Made by a program: the position numbers and the translations under genes. 64,000 nucleotides of DNA from Monocercomonoides exilis PA203 (lineage: Eukaryota > Protista > Preaxostyla). How positions within the stretch are numbered: the first letter of the stretch is position 1; every line of letters starts with the position of its first letter. Below the pieces are notes generated by a model. That model made no database searches, was not told where the DNA came from, and saw only the letters and a program-made list of their open reading frames with translations. The stretch is taken from NCBI GenBank assembly GCA_001643675.2, contig LSRY02000027.1, positions 558,001 to 622,000 on the forward strand, read 5' to 3'. Positions 35,001 to 48,800 of this stretch are shown in pieces.

Positions 35001-38000
35001 TGGAAGGAGAAGATGGACGATAAGCTAAAGAAGCATTTTGGTTGCATTTTTCAGAAGAAGAGGCAAAACCACTTTCTGCCGCAACGGCAGAAGTCAAAGC
35101 AGAAGCTGAGTCGTTTGAAGATGACAGAACAGACGATGAAGAAGAAGAGGAGGATGAGGGGGAAGATGAAGCTGAAGAAGAAACAGAAGCAGAAGTCGAA
35201 GTTGACGATGCCGAAGAAGAAGAGGCAGTTGTTGATTGAGAAGAATTCGAAGCTAATGTGGAGATAGTCATCATCGAACGCAGCGAGGCAAAGGAGGAAA
35301 GAGAAGGAGATGGAGTCAAAGGCGGAGAAGAGGCTGAAGAACGGGAGGGGATGTAAAACGAGTGGTGGCGCTGATAAGTTGAAGGAGGAGGAAGAGCAGA
35401 TGAAGTTGAAGTTGCAGTTGAAATTACACCGCCAGCACTCAAGACAGAAGTGCCTGGCATTGAAGAAGGAGAATAAGGAGCATTTGGTGTTTGCTGTGGA
35501 GACAGCGCAGCAATTGACACAGGAGCAAGCGATGACGAATGGCTTTGCTGATTCGAAGGAGAAGGGATTTGAGATGTGCTGGCTGTGCTTGCTGAGGAAA
35601 ATGGAGGGAAAGAAGAAGTCTGTTGGGGTGTGCTCATAGCAGATGTGTATGAAGGAGAAGGTGTGATCGGGTTTGGATGAGGAAATGGATGAAAAAATGA
35701 GAGAGACGGGAAAGAAGAGAGAGAAGACGAGGAATGCAGCTGTTTGTTTGAATGTGAAGAGAATGATGGAGATTTGGAAGACGATGTTTTCGTTGGTGGA
35801 TTTGAAGGTATAGTTGATGCTGATGATGATGGTGAGGAGTAGGAAGAAGAGGAAGTTGTTGAAATCTGAGCAGAAGAGATTGCATTGTGTTGTGAATGAA
35901 CTGATATGTTCTGATTCGGATGCATCTGAGAAGTTGAATGTGCTTCAGATGACTTGTTTTCAGCGACCGATGAAACAGAGTTCGATTTTGAAGGTGTTGG
36001 AGATTGAACAATTGGTGAAGGTGAAGAGGAAGACGATGAAGAAGAAGAAGCAGAGGAAAGATGGGGAGTAAGGCAAGCATCAGAAGTTGAAGGCGAGTCC
36101 TGTGGAGACGAAGAAGTTCCGCGTATGTTCTGCTGATTGGCTGCCGAATGTGAATGATTTCTTGTTTTCGTTTTGCTACTCTGTGAATGAATGCTCCGAG
36201 ATAAGTGTGGCTGTGATATGAGCGATGTGTTGTATGAATGCAAATACTGATTTTCGGCTGTGAACTGAGCAAGAGAACTCTGTTTGGCACGCTGGGAGAC
36301 TTTTGGAGAGAAGGAAGAGTGAGAAAAGGGTCTGTATGAAGACTGGGATGATGATGAAGACAATGAAGAGGGGGAAGAAGAAGAGGAAGAAGAGGGTGAT
36401 GATGATGATGCAAGTATTGGTTGTGTTATCTGTGGGACTGGCTGTGCTTGTTTGGATTGATTGAATCTTTGCTGCTGCTGTTGTGTTTGATAAGCAGAAG
36501 ACGAAGGCAGTGCAGAATATTTGATTGCTGATTGAGAAGCAGCAGAATTAGCATAAGATGAATGATGAGTGCTTTGATGAGGTTGTTCCACAATCGCGTT
36601 TGGATGCTCTGTTTGCTTGCTCATCGGTTCATTTGAAGAGTGTAAATGCAATTCGACGTTTTGATTGTTCATATTGGTTTGATTATGATCAGATGAAGCA
36701 TCAGAAGCAGCAGAAGTTGTCTCTTTCATATCTGAATGTGCTGTTTGAGTGTGAGAATGATTGTTCGTCTGTGAATTGTGCTGACGCGACGAAAAAACCG
36801 AAAAAGACGATGTTGATGAAAGTTTTAAAGCAGGAAAGGCTGCTGGATCAGGCGAAAGAGCAGCTTGAGGCGGAGAAAGATACAAATGCATGCCAATCTG
36901 CTCAACTTCTCCACACAGTTCAGAACTGCGCATCACTCCGCTAATCGTTGGCTGCTGCAATGTGAGTGACGAAGGGTACACACACAAGCTATTCACAGCA
37001 CCTTCCATTTCAGACTGCCCAAGGATCATCCCATCAAAGCCCATTCTATCGCTGCTTCTACCGTTGCCACCATTTTCCTCTCTACTACTGGCGATATTGC
37101 TTCTGCTATCAGCTGTGCTGCTATTTCTATTCGCATCTCCCATCGCCTGATTCTGCGGCATAAACGCAGCAGACAGCACAGTTGCATCTGCTGTGTAGAT
37201 TGGCGGTGAATGCGAGTGGTCGTAATCAGGAAGCTGCGGATAGAACGACGAGTGCGGGTCAGGCAGAGGCAGGTGGAGCGCATAGCTGGCGGGTGGGGTT
37301 GATGGCCTGATGGTGCTCTGCTGAATGGACTGAATGTGCTGAGATGACTGAGATGACTGAAATGGTTGAGCTGACTGAGATGAATGAGATGAATGAGAAG
37401 GCTGAGGAGGTGGTGGGGTGTGTGGCGGCGGAGGAGGAAGGGGGGCTGGGGATTGCTGGTCGAACAGCGGAACAGCTGGAAATGAAGAGAAAATTGGCTC
37501 TACAGCCTGAGGTTTCATGTGATAAGGGAAAGACGAAGGAACTGGAAGATGCTGAAGCCGAGACGGATCGTTTTCAAAGTGCTGAGCTAATAGCTGCTGC
37601 GAGCTGTTCGACTGGCTCGGCTGGCTCAGCATCTGCGTGTGCTTCAGCCTCGACGGCACAAACTCAGGTGCGCCGGTTGAAAGCCCATAGAAAAGATGTG
37701 CAGGTACCATTGAATGGGCCTTGCCAGGTTTGCTTTGAAGCAATTTCTCTGTTTTTACCCAATCAGAAGCAGAGGCTCTTTCTGTGGCTGATGATTGCGG
37801 ATGAGGAAGAGGCAAGACAGATTTTGTGAATGTATTCGAATGCTGGTTGATGAACTGCCTCAGATCTGCTTCGGTAGAATACACTGCTTTTGAAGGAAAA
37901 ACAGCAGTATTTGATGACACAACGGAAGAATTGTCAGCTGAGCGCGAAGATCTGTCGAATGAATTCGAGTGGCTGTGATGAACTCCTAATGACTGCGGCT

Positions 38001-39291
38001 TTTCAGAGCTTGACCTTTGGCCTTCCGAAGTGTTGGTTGAAAGCAGAAGCATCTGTGATTCTGAAGCATCTGGATGTTTTATTGAAGGTTGTGTTGAAGA
38101 TGCAGGTGTTGCTGAAGATGGCGATGGGGCAGCTGATATAGCGTTGGAGGAAACTGCACTTGAAGATGAAGCTGCAAGTTGAGCAGGGATTTCTTCTTGG
38201 TGCTTGTCCAACGGCTGGATGGCAGCCTTCAACACGCACCGCACTTCCACACCGCACAATAACCGAGGATGAGAGTATGCATCTGCGAAATCTTCAGACA
38301 TCTGAAAGAACATAATAAATGAATGTGAAATAAAAAAAAATTATGAATGAAAGAAGAATTGTTATTTCGTTTGCGTTATAATGAATAAAGAAAAAGGTTA
38401 AAAAAATGAAATATCAAAAGAGATATTTTTTTAAGTTATTCATATTAAATTTGAGTGAGTGTTGCCTTTCACACTTAAAGCAAATCATACAATTTCTCCT
38501 TGTCTATCTCTGGGAAATTCGACTCTGCCAGGATACTCTATTTCATTCCACAAAACAGGGACAAGCAAAACAACAGGCAGCTCATCAACAGAATCTATCT
38601 GCTCCATTATGGCTTCTGCAATGCGTTGTTCTGTGAATGATAATCTGTTTTCTTCTGCTTCATTTTCGTTAAATTGTAATAAAACAGTCGATGACATTGT
38701 GCTTGTATCTGTCATCTTTATACGGAAATTTTGGAGTTTGAAGTTTGGAGGAAATATTAATTTTGTAAGCATATGTGCTTGTTGCTGGGTTTTAAGGCGT
38801 AGAAATGCTCTGTGCTCATTTGGTCTGAGTTCAAGCCTCGAAATGTCATATTGATGAAAAGAGAGAAATCCTCTCAATTCATCTTCGGTAACAGTCGGAG
38901 ATAAGTTATGAATTACTACATATCTGTTAGGGCTTGCTTTGTTTAAAAAAATAACTTTTCCTTTGTATTCCTGTTTGAAAAGAATTCAATTATTTTTTGA
39001 TATAAATCTGATTTAAAAAATGTCACACAAATTTTCTGAGTTTATAAGCTTCTTCTGCGTCATTTGAATTCATAAAAGTGATGAATCCTGTTTGATGAAG
39101 ATCTGTTAATTTCTTTTTCTTGATAAAAAACACTTCAACAACATTAATATGTTTATCTTTAAATGCATTGACAATATCAATGATTTCATTTTCTTTTGTT
39201 CTATAGGTAAAAAAAAGTTTATCTAGCTTTACGAATTCTGTTAATCAAATCATCAAATAACAAAAAATGAAAAACCAGTGTTTTCTGTCAT
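32071..39291 (-). CDS. Multi-exon RRM-domain RNA-binding protein with ~2000-aa S/Q/P-rich disordered C-terminus
   Basis: Inferred ATG 39291 (MTENT|EFVKLDKLFF...QTGFITFMNSNDAEEAY, RNP1-like). Second RRM-like unit YVVIHNLSPTVTEDELRGFL...RAFLRLKTQQQA. Then the 38485-38877 exon and the 2080-aa terminal exon. Short AT-rich GT-AG introns. Confidence 0.7.
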
Positions 39292-39579
39292 TCTTTCAAT
39301 TCATAAAATTTACAAATGCTCAGCAACAAATAAGAAAGAAAAATTGCTAAGCAAGCTGTTGTCAATTTACAGCAATAAATTTCGAATTTCTTAAATTGAC
39401 GTTTAGAAAATAATATCAAGAAGAAATGCTTCAATAATAAAAATGATGGGCAACATTAAAGATTATTTGTTTAATAACAAACAGCAAGAAAGAAATAAAG
39501 AGAATATTTGTTGCTTCTAATATGGAAGTGAAGATCTGAGAACTCCAAAGTTTGAGAAGATTTATTAGTTATGTTGTGT

Positions 39580-40252
39580 TTAAGCCTTTCCTTGGTTTTT
39601 CAATCTCATCATCATCTGTTTCATTCTATCTACATCTTTTTCGTGAGATATTTGGAAATCACACATATTTGCAGCAGCTTCCCAAGGTGCAGCTGTTTTT
39701 CTGTTTTCCAAAAATACTTCTTCTTCCTCTCTAAAACATATGTTAAATTAACATATCATCAAATAAACTACTGATAGCATTAATAAGAAGAATTCACACT
39801 GATTTTTTTTCTTTTGCATTTCAATTGCCTGTGCACGTTCTGTCAAAAAAGAATCTTTTTCCTTTTCGGCTTGCGCAAGTGTTTCTTCAAGCATTTTTGC
39901 TGCTGTATCTTTTAACTTCTGTAAATCTATAGCATGTTGAGCGTAATATCGCCTTACAAGAAATTAATTCGGTTTGAATATATTTATTTGGAAAAAAATG
40001 ACAAAGCTAAAATTAAATTTTTCGCTTTGCAAACTGCATTGGAGTTAGCTCGGGTTCAGCTGATGATTGCTCTCCTTCAGTATCGTCTGTTGGAAGGGAT
40101 ACGGTTTCTGTCTCTCCTTCAGCCTCGGGAGAGGCTTCTGCTTCAATGAATTCTGTTGAATCGACACCTTCTGCTAATTCTTCTGTGGCTTGTTCTGCAT
40201 TGTGATCAATTTGAATCAAATTTTCTTCTGCATCAATTATTGTATCTGACAT
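39580..40252 (-). CDS. CLC: Clathrin light chain (3 exons)
   Basis: Acidic N-terminus (exon 1), coiled coil PMQRYYAQHAIDLQKLKDTAAKMLEETLAQAEKEKDSFLTERAQAIEMQKKKNQ (exon 2), and C-terminal EEEEVFLENRK..PWEAAANMCDF...KDVDRMKQMMMRLK* (exon 3). The last segment matches the CLC signature W..V..LCDF...KDVSRMR..L..LK. Both introns are GT-AG and frame-compatible. Confidence 0.85.
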
Positions 40253-41199
40253 CAAATGAAATAATATTTAAGATAAGTTCAGATGTGATCATAACCCACT
40301 ATGTAGGTTATTTATTGATTATTTTTAAAAATGATTCTTTTAAAAAAATTAATATCTTAATTCTTATATTTTTTATTTGACACAGGAAAAAATTCCATGT
40401 GAGAATTTCAAAAACAGAAATTATCATTTTTCAAATACTCATTATGTTAAATAATAAAATTTTTTTTAAAATATTGATTTTTATTAATTTTGAATAAGAA
40501 GTTTATTAATTTTGAATAAAAAGTTTACCAAATTTGAATAATAAATTGTGTATCACATTATGCAGTTATTTTTTTTAACTCGGATAACCAAAAACGAACG
40601 ATAATTATTTTTTATGATTTTTCTTTTAATTTTTGAGCTCACATTTTCGCATTCATCAAAATATGGAATTATCTTTAAAAAGATATCAATTATAATACTT
40701 TATCAATTGATAAATAACTTAAGAATTTGAAATTTATTCATGTTGTTTTTCTGAAACATTTTCTGTCTGATTTTTTTTTTTTTTTTGAAGTTTCAATGTG
40801 ATAGGTTTTGATTTTCTTTCGTTAAAAATGAAAATCGCTTATTTGTTGGTGTGTTAATAGGCACATTTTGTTTCTACTGGCATCTTTTTGCAATTATCAA
40901 ATGAAAAATATAATTTTTTGCTTGAAGCAAAAATTTTTTTCACATTCAGTAATGTTTGTCATCAATTGATGAACAGATGTGATTTTTGTTTTCAGTTTTC
41001 CAGTGTAATTCATAAGTGAAATTGTCGTATTAAAAAATACATGACAAATTCATTTTCAAAACAAATAGAATAAACAAAAACTTTTAAAAGCAAAGACTAC
41101 CTGCCTCTGAGCTTGTTATATCTTTTGGCTGCTTTAAATGGACTTTTTTTTTGATCATTTCCCAAAAAATTGATTTGAATTTTAATGATCAAACAAAAA

Positions 41200-42450
41200 G
41201 CTGAAGAAGGGAAAAGAAAAATGAAGGCAGAAATGGAGTCGATGGATTACTGCAATTATGTATATTTACTCGAGAGAATGACGCGAATTCTAATTGACGG
41301 AAAAGAAAGACTTGTGGATACCACCATTTATTGTGTATTTTCATAAAAAAACACTCATCCATGCAGTGAAGGCTGTTGAAAGCAACAAGCATGTTTCCAA
41401 AGTGGGAAGGCAATCATTGTCACGCAATGAAAAATAGGAAATTGAAACAGAGGTAATAAAAATTGAAGCGAAGTGTGGAACAAGCTTGATAGTGAAAAAA
41501 ACAAAAGAATTGGTTTGCAAAATATTAAAATAATCAATATATTTGATTCCATTGAGATTGAAAATACGATTGAAGATAATGAATCAGAGATAATTGAATA
41601 CTTTTCATCTTTAAATGAAATTTATGAATCAACGTGATGTTCATTTTTGAAAAATTAACACGAATTGAAATCACAAAAAACCAAAAATTTTGGATTCAAA
41701 ACATCTTGCAGCATATTTTCAGGACGTTTTGAATCTTTGGTATGAAATGTTTGATGATTTTCATTTAAAACACAAATACTAAAGTTAGCTGATCTTTCAT
41801 GCGGATGAAATATCACTAAGATTATCTGATAATTTCCAAAAACTTGTTGCAACATCCTCGGAGTCTCCTTCAGACAATTGCCTTGCTCATTCGAGAGTGC
41901 GAAATGCAACGCTTGTTGCGTCCGTTGCCTCAAATAAGTTTTCTTTGTCCAAAATTGTTTTTTTATCTTTGTTCCAATATTCCGAAAAATGAAACTCCAA
42001 TAATGTTTCCTTTGCTTGATGTGTGGAATTATGCAAATTGGGAAGATGAACAATTTTTTATTTGAACGTTACACTTTGTGTGTTATTCTTCTTGAAAAAT
42101 GAAAAAGAGTGTGAAGAATAATCTTTTTAAAAAGAAAGAGATGATTAGAAATTGATGACTCACACAAATCAAGACGAAACATTTAAAAAGATTTCAATTT
42201 ATAAAATCAAACTTGGATTTCTCCGTATTTGTCACTGAAGCAACAAATATTTCGAAGCATCTTTATATAAATGAGTTAATGACTGATTTGAAATCAGGAA
42301 AAATTTATCCATCGAAAACCTGCAATTTTTAATTGCTGCATTTAAGCGTTATGTTTTTACAGATGCTCTTTACCTAGCATATCACTTGGATTTCCTTCAA
42401 ACGGTCACAAAGAATGCCTTCGAAGTTAATTGTGCTTTGTTCAAATCTTC
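41200..42450 (+). pseudogene. Possible highly decayed Mutator/MULE transposase relic
   Basis: Fragments resembling MULE motifs in the expected order: C/H-rich N-terminal piece (..NHCH), LEIDDSHK (~42146), LMTDLKSG...NCC (~42277-42340). Many stops. Confidence 0.25.
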
Positions 42451-43554
42451 TGACACTGCTGCATAAAAAAAATATTGTTTTCTTTTTATCGTTTTCCATC
42501 TGATTCACCAAGATTTGATTTTTTGTGAAAAACAGTTGACAAAAGACTTATTTTCAAAAATATGTTTGCTAATTTTTTTAAACATATTTTCTCTTTCAAA
42601 AATTTCAGTTTAAAAATTTCACTTGAATATCAAAAAAAGAACATTGAAAAAAGAAAACACTCACAAATAACATCATTATCTTAATTTGAGCAAAAGCAAT
42701 TGTCAATAATTCAGTTGAAATGAATTCAGCATTCGAATTCAAAACCTCTTTTCAAAGACCAATAAGCTTTGAAAAACAAATTCACCGAAAAAAGTTATGA
42801 TTTCAATAATAATCACCCATGTGAGAAGATATTTTCATTCGAACAAGTGCAAAATATGCAAAAGCGAAAGAAGAAATGGAAAATATAAAGGAAATTCAAC
42901 CGCAAAAGTCCAAGAAGAAAAGTGTGTATCGAAAAAATGATCGAGAAATGAAGATAACATCAACAAAGATAATGATTTAGATAAAAGAATAAGAAATAGA
43001 AAATCAAGTGGAACATTTCAAAACATATTTTGTTTGTTTTTGCAGAATTATGATGCGTATTATACATTTTGTCTTCAATTGTCAAGTGCGATTCAAAATA
43101 AAAAGTCAATTGAATGCTTTTGTTTTTCAATTTTATTCACATCAAACTCAAAAACAAATAATTATTCAATAGTGCAATATTTTTATTTTATCCATTTAAC
43201 TCAAGAATCAATAATTTGGGAAATTCTCTTTTCATTAAAACAAAAGTATCGTTTTTTGGAATAAAAAAAATATTATCACCTGAAAAAAACATCAAAATAC
43301 ATAACCTGTTTCTTTAGGGGGAAATGGGTGGTTTAAATCCTCCCATTGAAATACAATTTTCTACAGGTTGATTCAAATGAATTGAACACATAATAAAATG
43401 CATTTAAAATGTAAATAATAATAATTCAATGAAAATAAAAGTTTGCATTTGTTAAATAAAAATTGACAAAATGATCATTATCCTGAAAATTAAAAAATGA
43501 AAAAAGGAAGTTGCAAGGTAATCAACTGCGGGTCAGCTGAAGCTGTGGGAGGAA

Positions 43555-44960
43555 ATGCTATCGTTCGAATGGAGATAATTAATGAATACGCTTGAGTGAA
43601 TGGAAAAAATTGAAAACGATGGAGTAGTGCGTTTGGCGGATGAAAACAACATCAAAAAATATAACAAAATTCGAATCAAGAGTGCGGTGAATGTGCTTCG
43701 ATAAGGTTGATTTGTTTCAATAATTGGAAGACCGGCTGTGGTCATTGACGAAAAAGAACAAACAGAGCTGGTTGAAATAAAATTCGAATAACTATCTGGA
43801 GAAGACCTAATCATCAAGAAAATGCGTGAACTGGTTTGCAATAATATTCTTTGAAATGTATTAATAAATATGAATTAGATTGAAAATGTTGTTAATGATT
43901 AAACACCAAAGAACACACCAGATGTCAAAGCTTCTGCGTCAGTTGCATACAATTTCATTGAAAGACACACCTAGCTGAAGACTTCAAAGCCGAAAATTGT
44001 CGATGCAAACAGGCTTTCCATATCATGCCAACAAGTTCTAAAGCCCTGGTATAATATGCTCAATGGATTGCATCAAACAAATAATTACAACCACACACTA
44101 ATATTTTTCGTGGAGGAGTCATCGCTCAGGGTTCCCGACAGCTCCAATCGGAATGTTGTTCATCTGGCAAATTCAATACCCGGTTTCGCTTAATTTGCGG
44201 CGCGAAAGGCGAATTCGACACTGATTGCGGCTGTTGCAGCTGATGGTTAATCACTTCCTTTTGTGATTCTGTAGTCGAGTCTCAAACTTTCTGATGAATT
44301 GAAGCCTCTTCTGTCTTCAAATCTTGAGATTTGTCCGAACAAATGCAGATATATAGAATCTTGGACGTACAGAAAATATGCACTAACTATTCTTCTCACT
44401 TCAATCAAAGAAAAAGATAACGCATGTCACTCGACGAATCACACTGCTTGCTTCTTATTGACTCACACGTTTCTCGAGCAGATCCAACAATCTTGCGAGA
44501 GTTCAAAGAATAAAATGTGAATGTTGTGACATTCGTCCCTCACAGCACACACATCTGCCAGCCACTTGACTTAGGCATATTTGCTGTTCTGAAGTCTGAG
44601 ATGAGTTCACAATACGAAGCACCTTCGTAGTCGTCTTCTGCAGCGAAGAGCACAGCTCTTGTGGAAGCTCTCCAACAATCAATTCACTCCGCACTATCAC
44701 ATTCGGTCATCAAAAGAGCATTCAAATGCAGCAGCGTGCTGAAAGACTCATCTGGGCCAGTTCTGATGAAGCTTTCTCTATCATCGACTACTCCTCTTCC
44801 TTCACATCAAAATCGATTTGACTTCTAAAGTGAAGAAATAACAAAAGAAAAGGTGCTTAATGAATGGGATGATTATTAGAAAAAAAAAAGTGAAAATTTT
44901 AATGGAAAAGGAAATAATTCTGATAATGAAAATAATGATACAATGAATTTCACAAAAATG
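43555..44960 (+). mobile_element. Degenerate pogo/Tigger-like (Tc1-mariner, DDE_1) transposase relic
   Basis: Frameshifted motifs FFVEESSL (~44104), TLIAAVAADG..LP.VI (44218-44270), LLIDSH-like (~44455) and PHSTHL/QPLDLGIF (44538-44580). TIRs were not identified. Confidence 0.65.
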
Positions 44961-45892
44961 TTGAAAAGAAAGTTCAAAATACTTCAAAATGAGAACGATA
45001 TAGAGAAAGAAACATCTGATGAAATTGTTCGAGGAACGGAAAAAAAAAGTCATTCACAAATAAGATTCGAGTTTCGTATTATTTTTAATTTTTTTTCAGA
45101 TTTATTCACAATGTGACTAAATATTTTGCTTCAAGAATTTTGTTCTATTCTTCTCTTCCAAATATTTTTCTCAATTATTGAATTTTTTTTTGTGTTTTTT
45201 TGACTTGGGAGTAAAAGACTTATAATGATAAGGTTGTAGAAAAAGTTTGGAACAAATCGTTGTTTTTTCATAAATGAAAATACTTTGCTGCATATCGAAT
45301 AATTTGTGTTCAAAGAAAAAATGGGAACTTTTAATAAAATTCTTTTTTATGTATTTATTCGTTTTTCTTTCAAAACCATGAGTTAACTGGTACTGAAGTT
45401 TATTTTTCATAAAAAAATGAAACTGCATTGTGAAACTGCATTATCATATTTGCATGGATTTTTGATTTTGTGAAATGTATCATTTTGCTTCTTTTTCACA
45501 TTGATTGCAACATTTTTTACTCACTTTCATATCTTTTGAATTGATTGATGATCTATTGGAACAGTTTTTACACATGGAAGAAAGTTGTTAAAGAGTGAAA
45601 GATCTATAAAAATGAAAAATTCGAAAAAAAGAAGACTTCCCTTATTCAATTAAAAACGAAAAGACAGTTGATACTCAATAATCAGATAAGCGAAAATTTA
45701 TTAATGACTGATTTCTGAAAAATTGACTGAGAATCTCAACCGAGTTGATGATCGCCTTGTTCATGATGCAACAAGAATCACCACAACAGGAATTCAAGAC
45801 ATGATGAAACCAATCAACAAAATAAAACATTTGAATATTTCAAAAAAAAATAATAATGGTTTGCAAAACAAACCCTCAATTTAATTCAGTTT

Positions 45893-48800
45893 ATGATAAT
45901 ATCTTTTGAAATTTTGTGCTTTGCTCTATTCATATTCGGAAAGGACAGTAATCACTTTCCAAATGAAAAATATTTTCATTTTTCTGATTCTGTTCTGGTG
46001 AGAAGAAGCGACAGAACTGGAAAAAGTGCAGTGGAAATGGAAAGTGTTATTCATAACTCATCTATAAGCATCAACAATGTTTTTATTGTGAAAAAAGATG
46101 AGTGCTTGGTCTTTGACATTTATAATGGTTCATTATTGAATCTTGCTGACTGTCAGATTCTGGAAAAAAGAGAAACGAAAAACTATTGTATCAGTAATGG
46201 TGGGTCATGTACTTTGAAAAACTCAACATTTAAATTTGATTCAAGCATTGAGGTGATGGCAGGTCTTGTGAATGCGAAAACAGAACACTCATCATTGTTT
46301 ATGATCTTTTGCACATGGCAGAATGTCGAAAGTAGAGGAAGATGTGGCTTTTTGAGAGATGGCTCTGGAAGTTTTGAAGGAATAAAATACTGTGCATTTG
46401 CGAATATCACAACGAAATTATTTGAAACAGAAAAGATATTAATTGATCACGTGTCGGTGATGAAGATGAGCAAAATGGAAGATTGCCGAGTTGAAAGTTC
46501 GATGAATGTGCTTGAAGGAGGAATTGTAAGTGGAACAGAAGGATCAGTTTTCTTTTCGTGCAACAATTGCACATTTGCTCATAATGAAAGAATGGATCGG
46601 AAAGTGAGGAATGCAAATAGGGTTGAAACCACCAAGACACAGACATTTACGAACGCTGAATGGATTGGATGCAATGCTTCATGTGGCGGAGCACTGTATG
46701 TGCATGACAATTCACTTGCAACTCTGAATGTTGAGAATTCATCATTTGTGAAATGCAATGCCACTTCCACAAGAGGAGGCGGAATATTTGCATCGAAAAT
46801 TGGAGAATGCACAGTGAAACATTCCTCATTTGTTGAGTGTTACTGCGTTGCATCAACAAATTATGGAGGTGCAGGGGCAGAAATTGAAGAAATGGCAATT
46901 CAAGTATTTGTTGGGAATTGCCTATTCAGAGATGGATGGTCTGGAAATGATGGTGGAGGACTTGGAATTTGGAGTTCGAAAACAACAAAGACAAAAGATT
47001 GCGTTTTGGATTGTTTTTTCCAAAATTGTAGTGGGCATTGTTCAACAAATACAGATGGAGGAGGGTTAATTCATTGGTATCCAGTAGATAAAATTGTTGT
47101 TCATAACTGCCTTTTTGAAGGATGCTACTCTCCTTACCATGGAGGTGGCATGAGCATGATGGTGAGAAATTATGGAGGAGATATAGTGGGCTTTTGCTTT
47201 TTCCACAAAAATTCTGCTCCAAATGGAAATGATGTATATGTCGATGACAATTCGAAAAATTCTCAGTTATTTAATTGTTATTCAACAAGAACTGAAGGTG
47301 TTAGGTATTATGCAGGTGGAGATAAAAGCGAATGGCTTCCAAATGGAGGAAGATGCAGATTTGTTGCTTCGAAGGAGAATCAGATAAATGCGAAAGACAC
47401 GTTCAGCTGCGGGCTGAATGAAAATTATGCTTGCAACACAATAAGTCATTGCATAGGTCAGTTAATACCTGATTATGTGAAGGATGTGAAAGTTATGCAT
47501 GGAACAATTGAAGAGCTTAACGAAGTGAATGTGGAATCAAATGATTATACGATTAGCGGAGTGGAATCTGAAGGATGTGGAGTCGTGATGAAAATGAATT
47601 CTGAAGGCCTTTCACTTTTTTCTGTAGTGACGGGGAATTTGGATGTGAGCGATTTGTCAGTTATTCACAACACGTCATTTGACAACAACAGACAATGCAG
47701 AATATTTGAGGTGAGAGGAGCAGGAAAGATTGAGGCAAGAAGATTGAATATTTCAATGGATGCAGCTCATTCAGAAGAGAGGAGCATTCTGAACTCACTT
47801 GTGAAAGTTGATGGTGGAGAGTTGATAATGAAAGACGTGAAATGGGGGCAAACATTCATAACCACAAATGTAATATCTCTTTCTCAAGGATCAACTGTTT
47901 CGCTATCTCTTGACAACTGCATGTTCAGCAACATTGTGAGAACAACAGCAGGGTCATCGCTGATGAATGTGGGTGAAGGTCCACATTCGACAACTCTTAA
48001 AGGATGCACACTTGATGGGTGTGGAAGTGAAGACTCCGACTTTGGAGGAGGAATGATGATTGAAATTGGTAGCGGAGATTCATTGAGTGTGAATGGAGGT
48101 GTTGTGAGAAACTGTTATGCCTCAGCCACACAAGGGAGAGGAGGAGGAATTGGGCTGAAAGTGAAAGACAGAAATGCAGAGTTTCTGATTTCATCAGCAT
48201 TTGAAGGGAACAGGGCCAAATTAGGGAGCGATATTTTTGTAGACTCGATCGATCTGGAGTTAACTACAACAAGTGGGAAAATCACTTCAGTGACTGCTTC
48301 GTTCGATACAAAGAACAAGGTGCAAGGATATGATAATGGTGACGAGTCGTTCCCAATCCCGCTGTGTGTTTATTTGTGGAACAACTTTTCTGCGCCAGCA
48401 TTTGTGGGAGGAGGATCATTGAGCCATGATTTTTCTAAGTGTGGATTTGAAGAATTTCCATGTTCATCCATTTCGAAGGCAGCGTCAATCCATTTTGAGG
48501 GGAAGAAAAAAGACATAACCATTCTTGAGCCATTTGCCTTTGAAGAGGAACTGGTGTTGACTTCAGATGAATGGAGCATTACACCCAAAGAGAATGTGAC
48601 GAAGTGCAATGTATCTGATCAGAATGAGGGAACGCGAAAGGGATTGATTGAAAACTCAGTTCCAGTGTCTGTGACTGGAATTGTATTTTCTTTGAAGAAA
48701 TTGCTGACCTTTCATGAAAGTGTATTTGAGTGTCATTCAGGGAAGCTCACACTGAATGGATGCGGGATGGAAGGAGGTACTGATTCTATTTCGACAGTGT

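Noticed and set aside
4657-39582. Alternative genetic code (TAA/TAG = Gln) as used by some oxymonads
   Set aside because: The B56 and clathrin light chain genes end at TAA where expected, and multi-kb ORFs contain no in-frame TAR codons.
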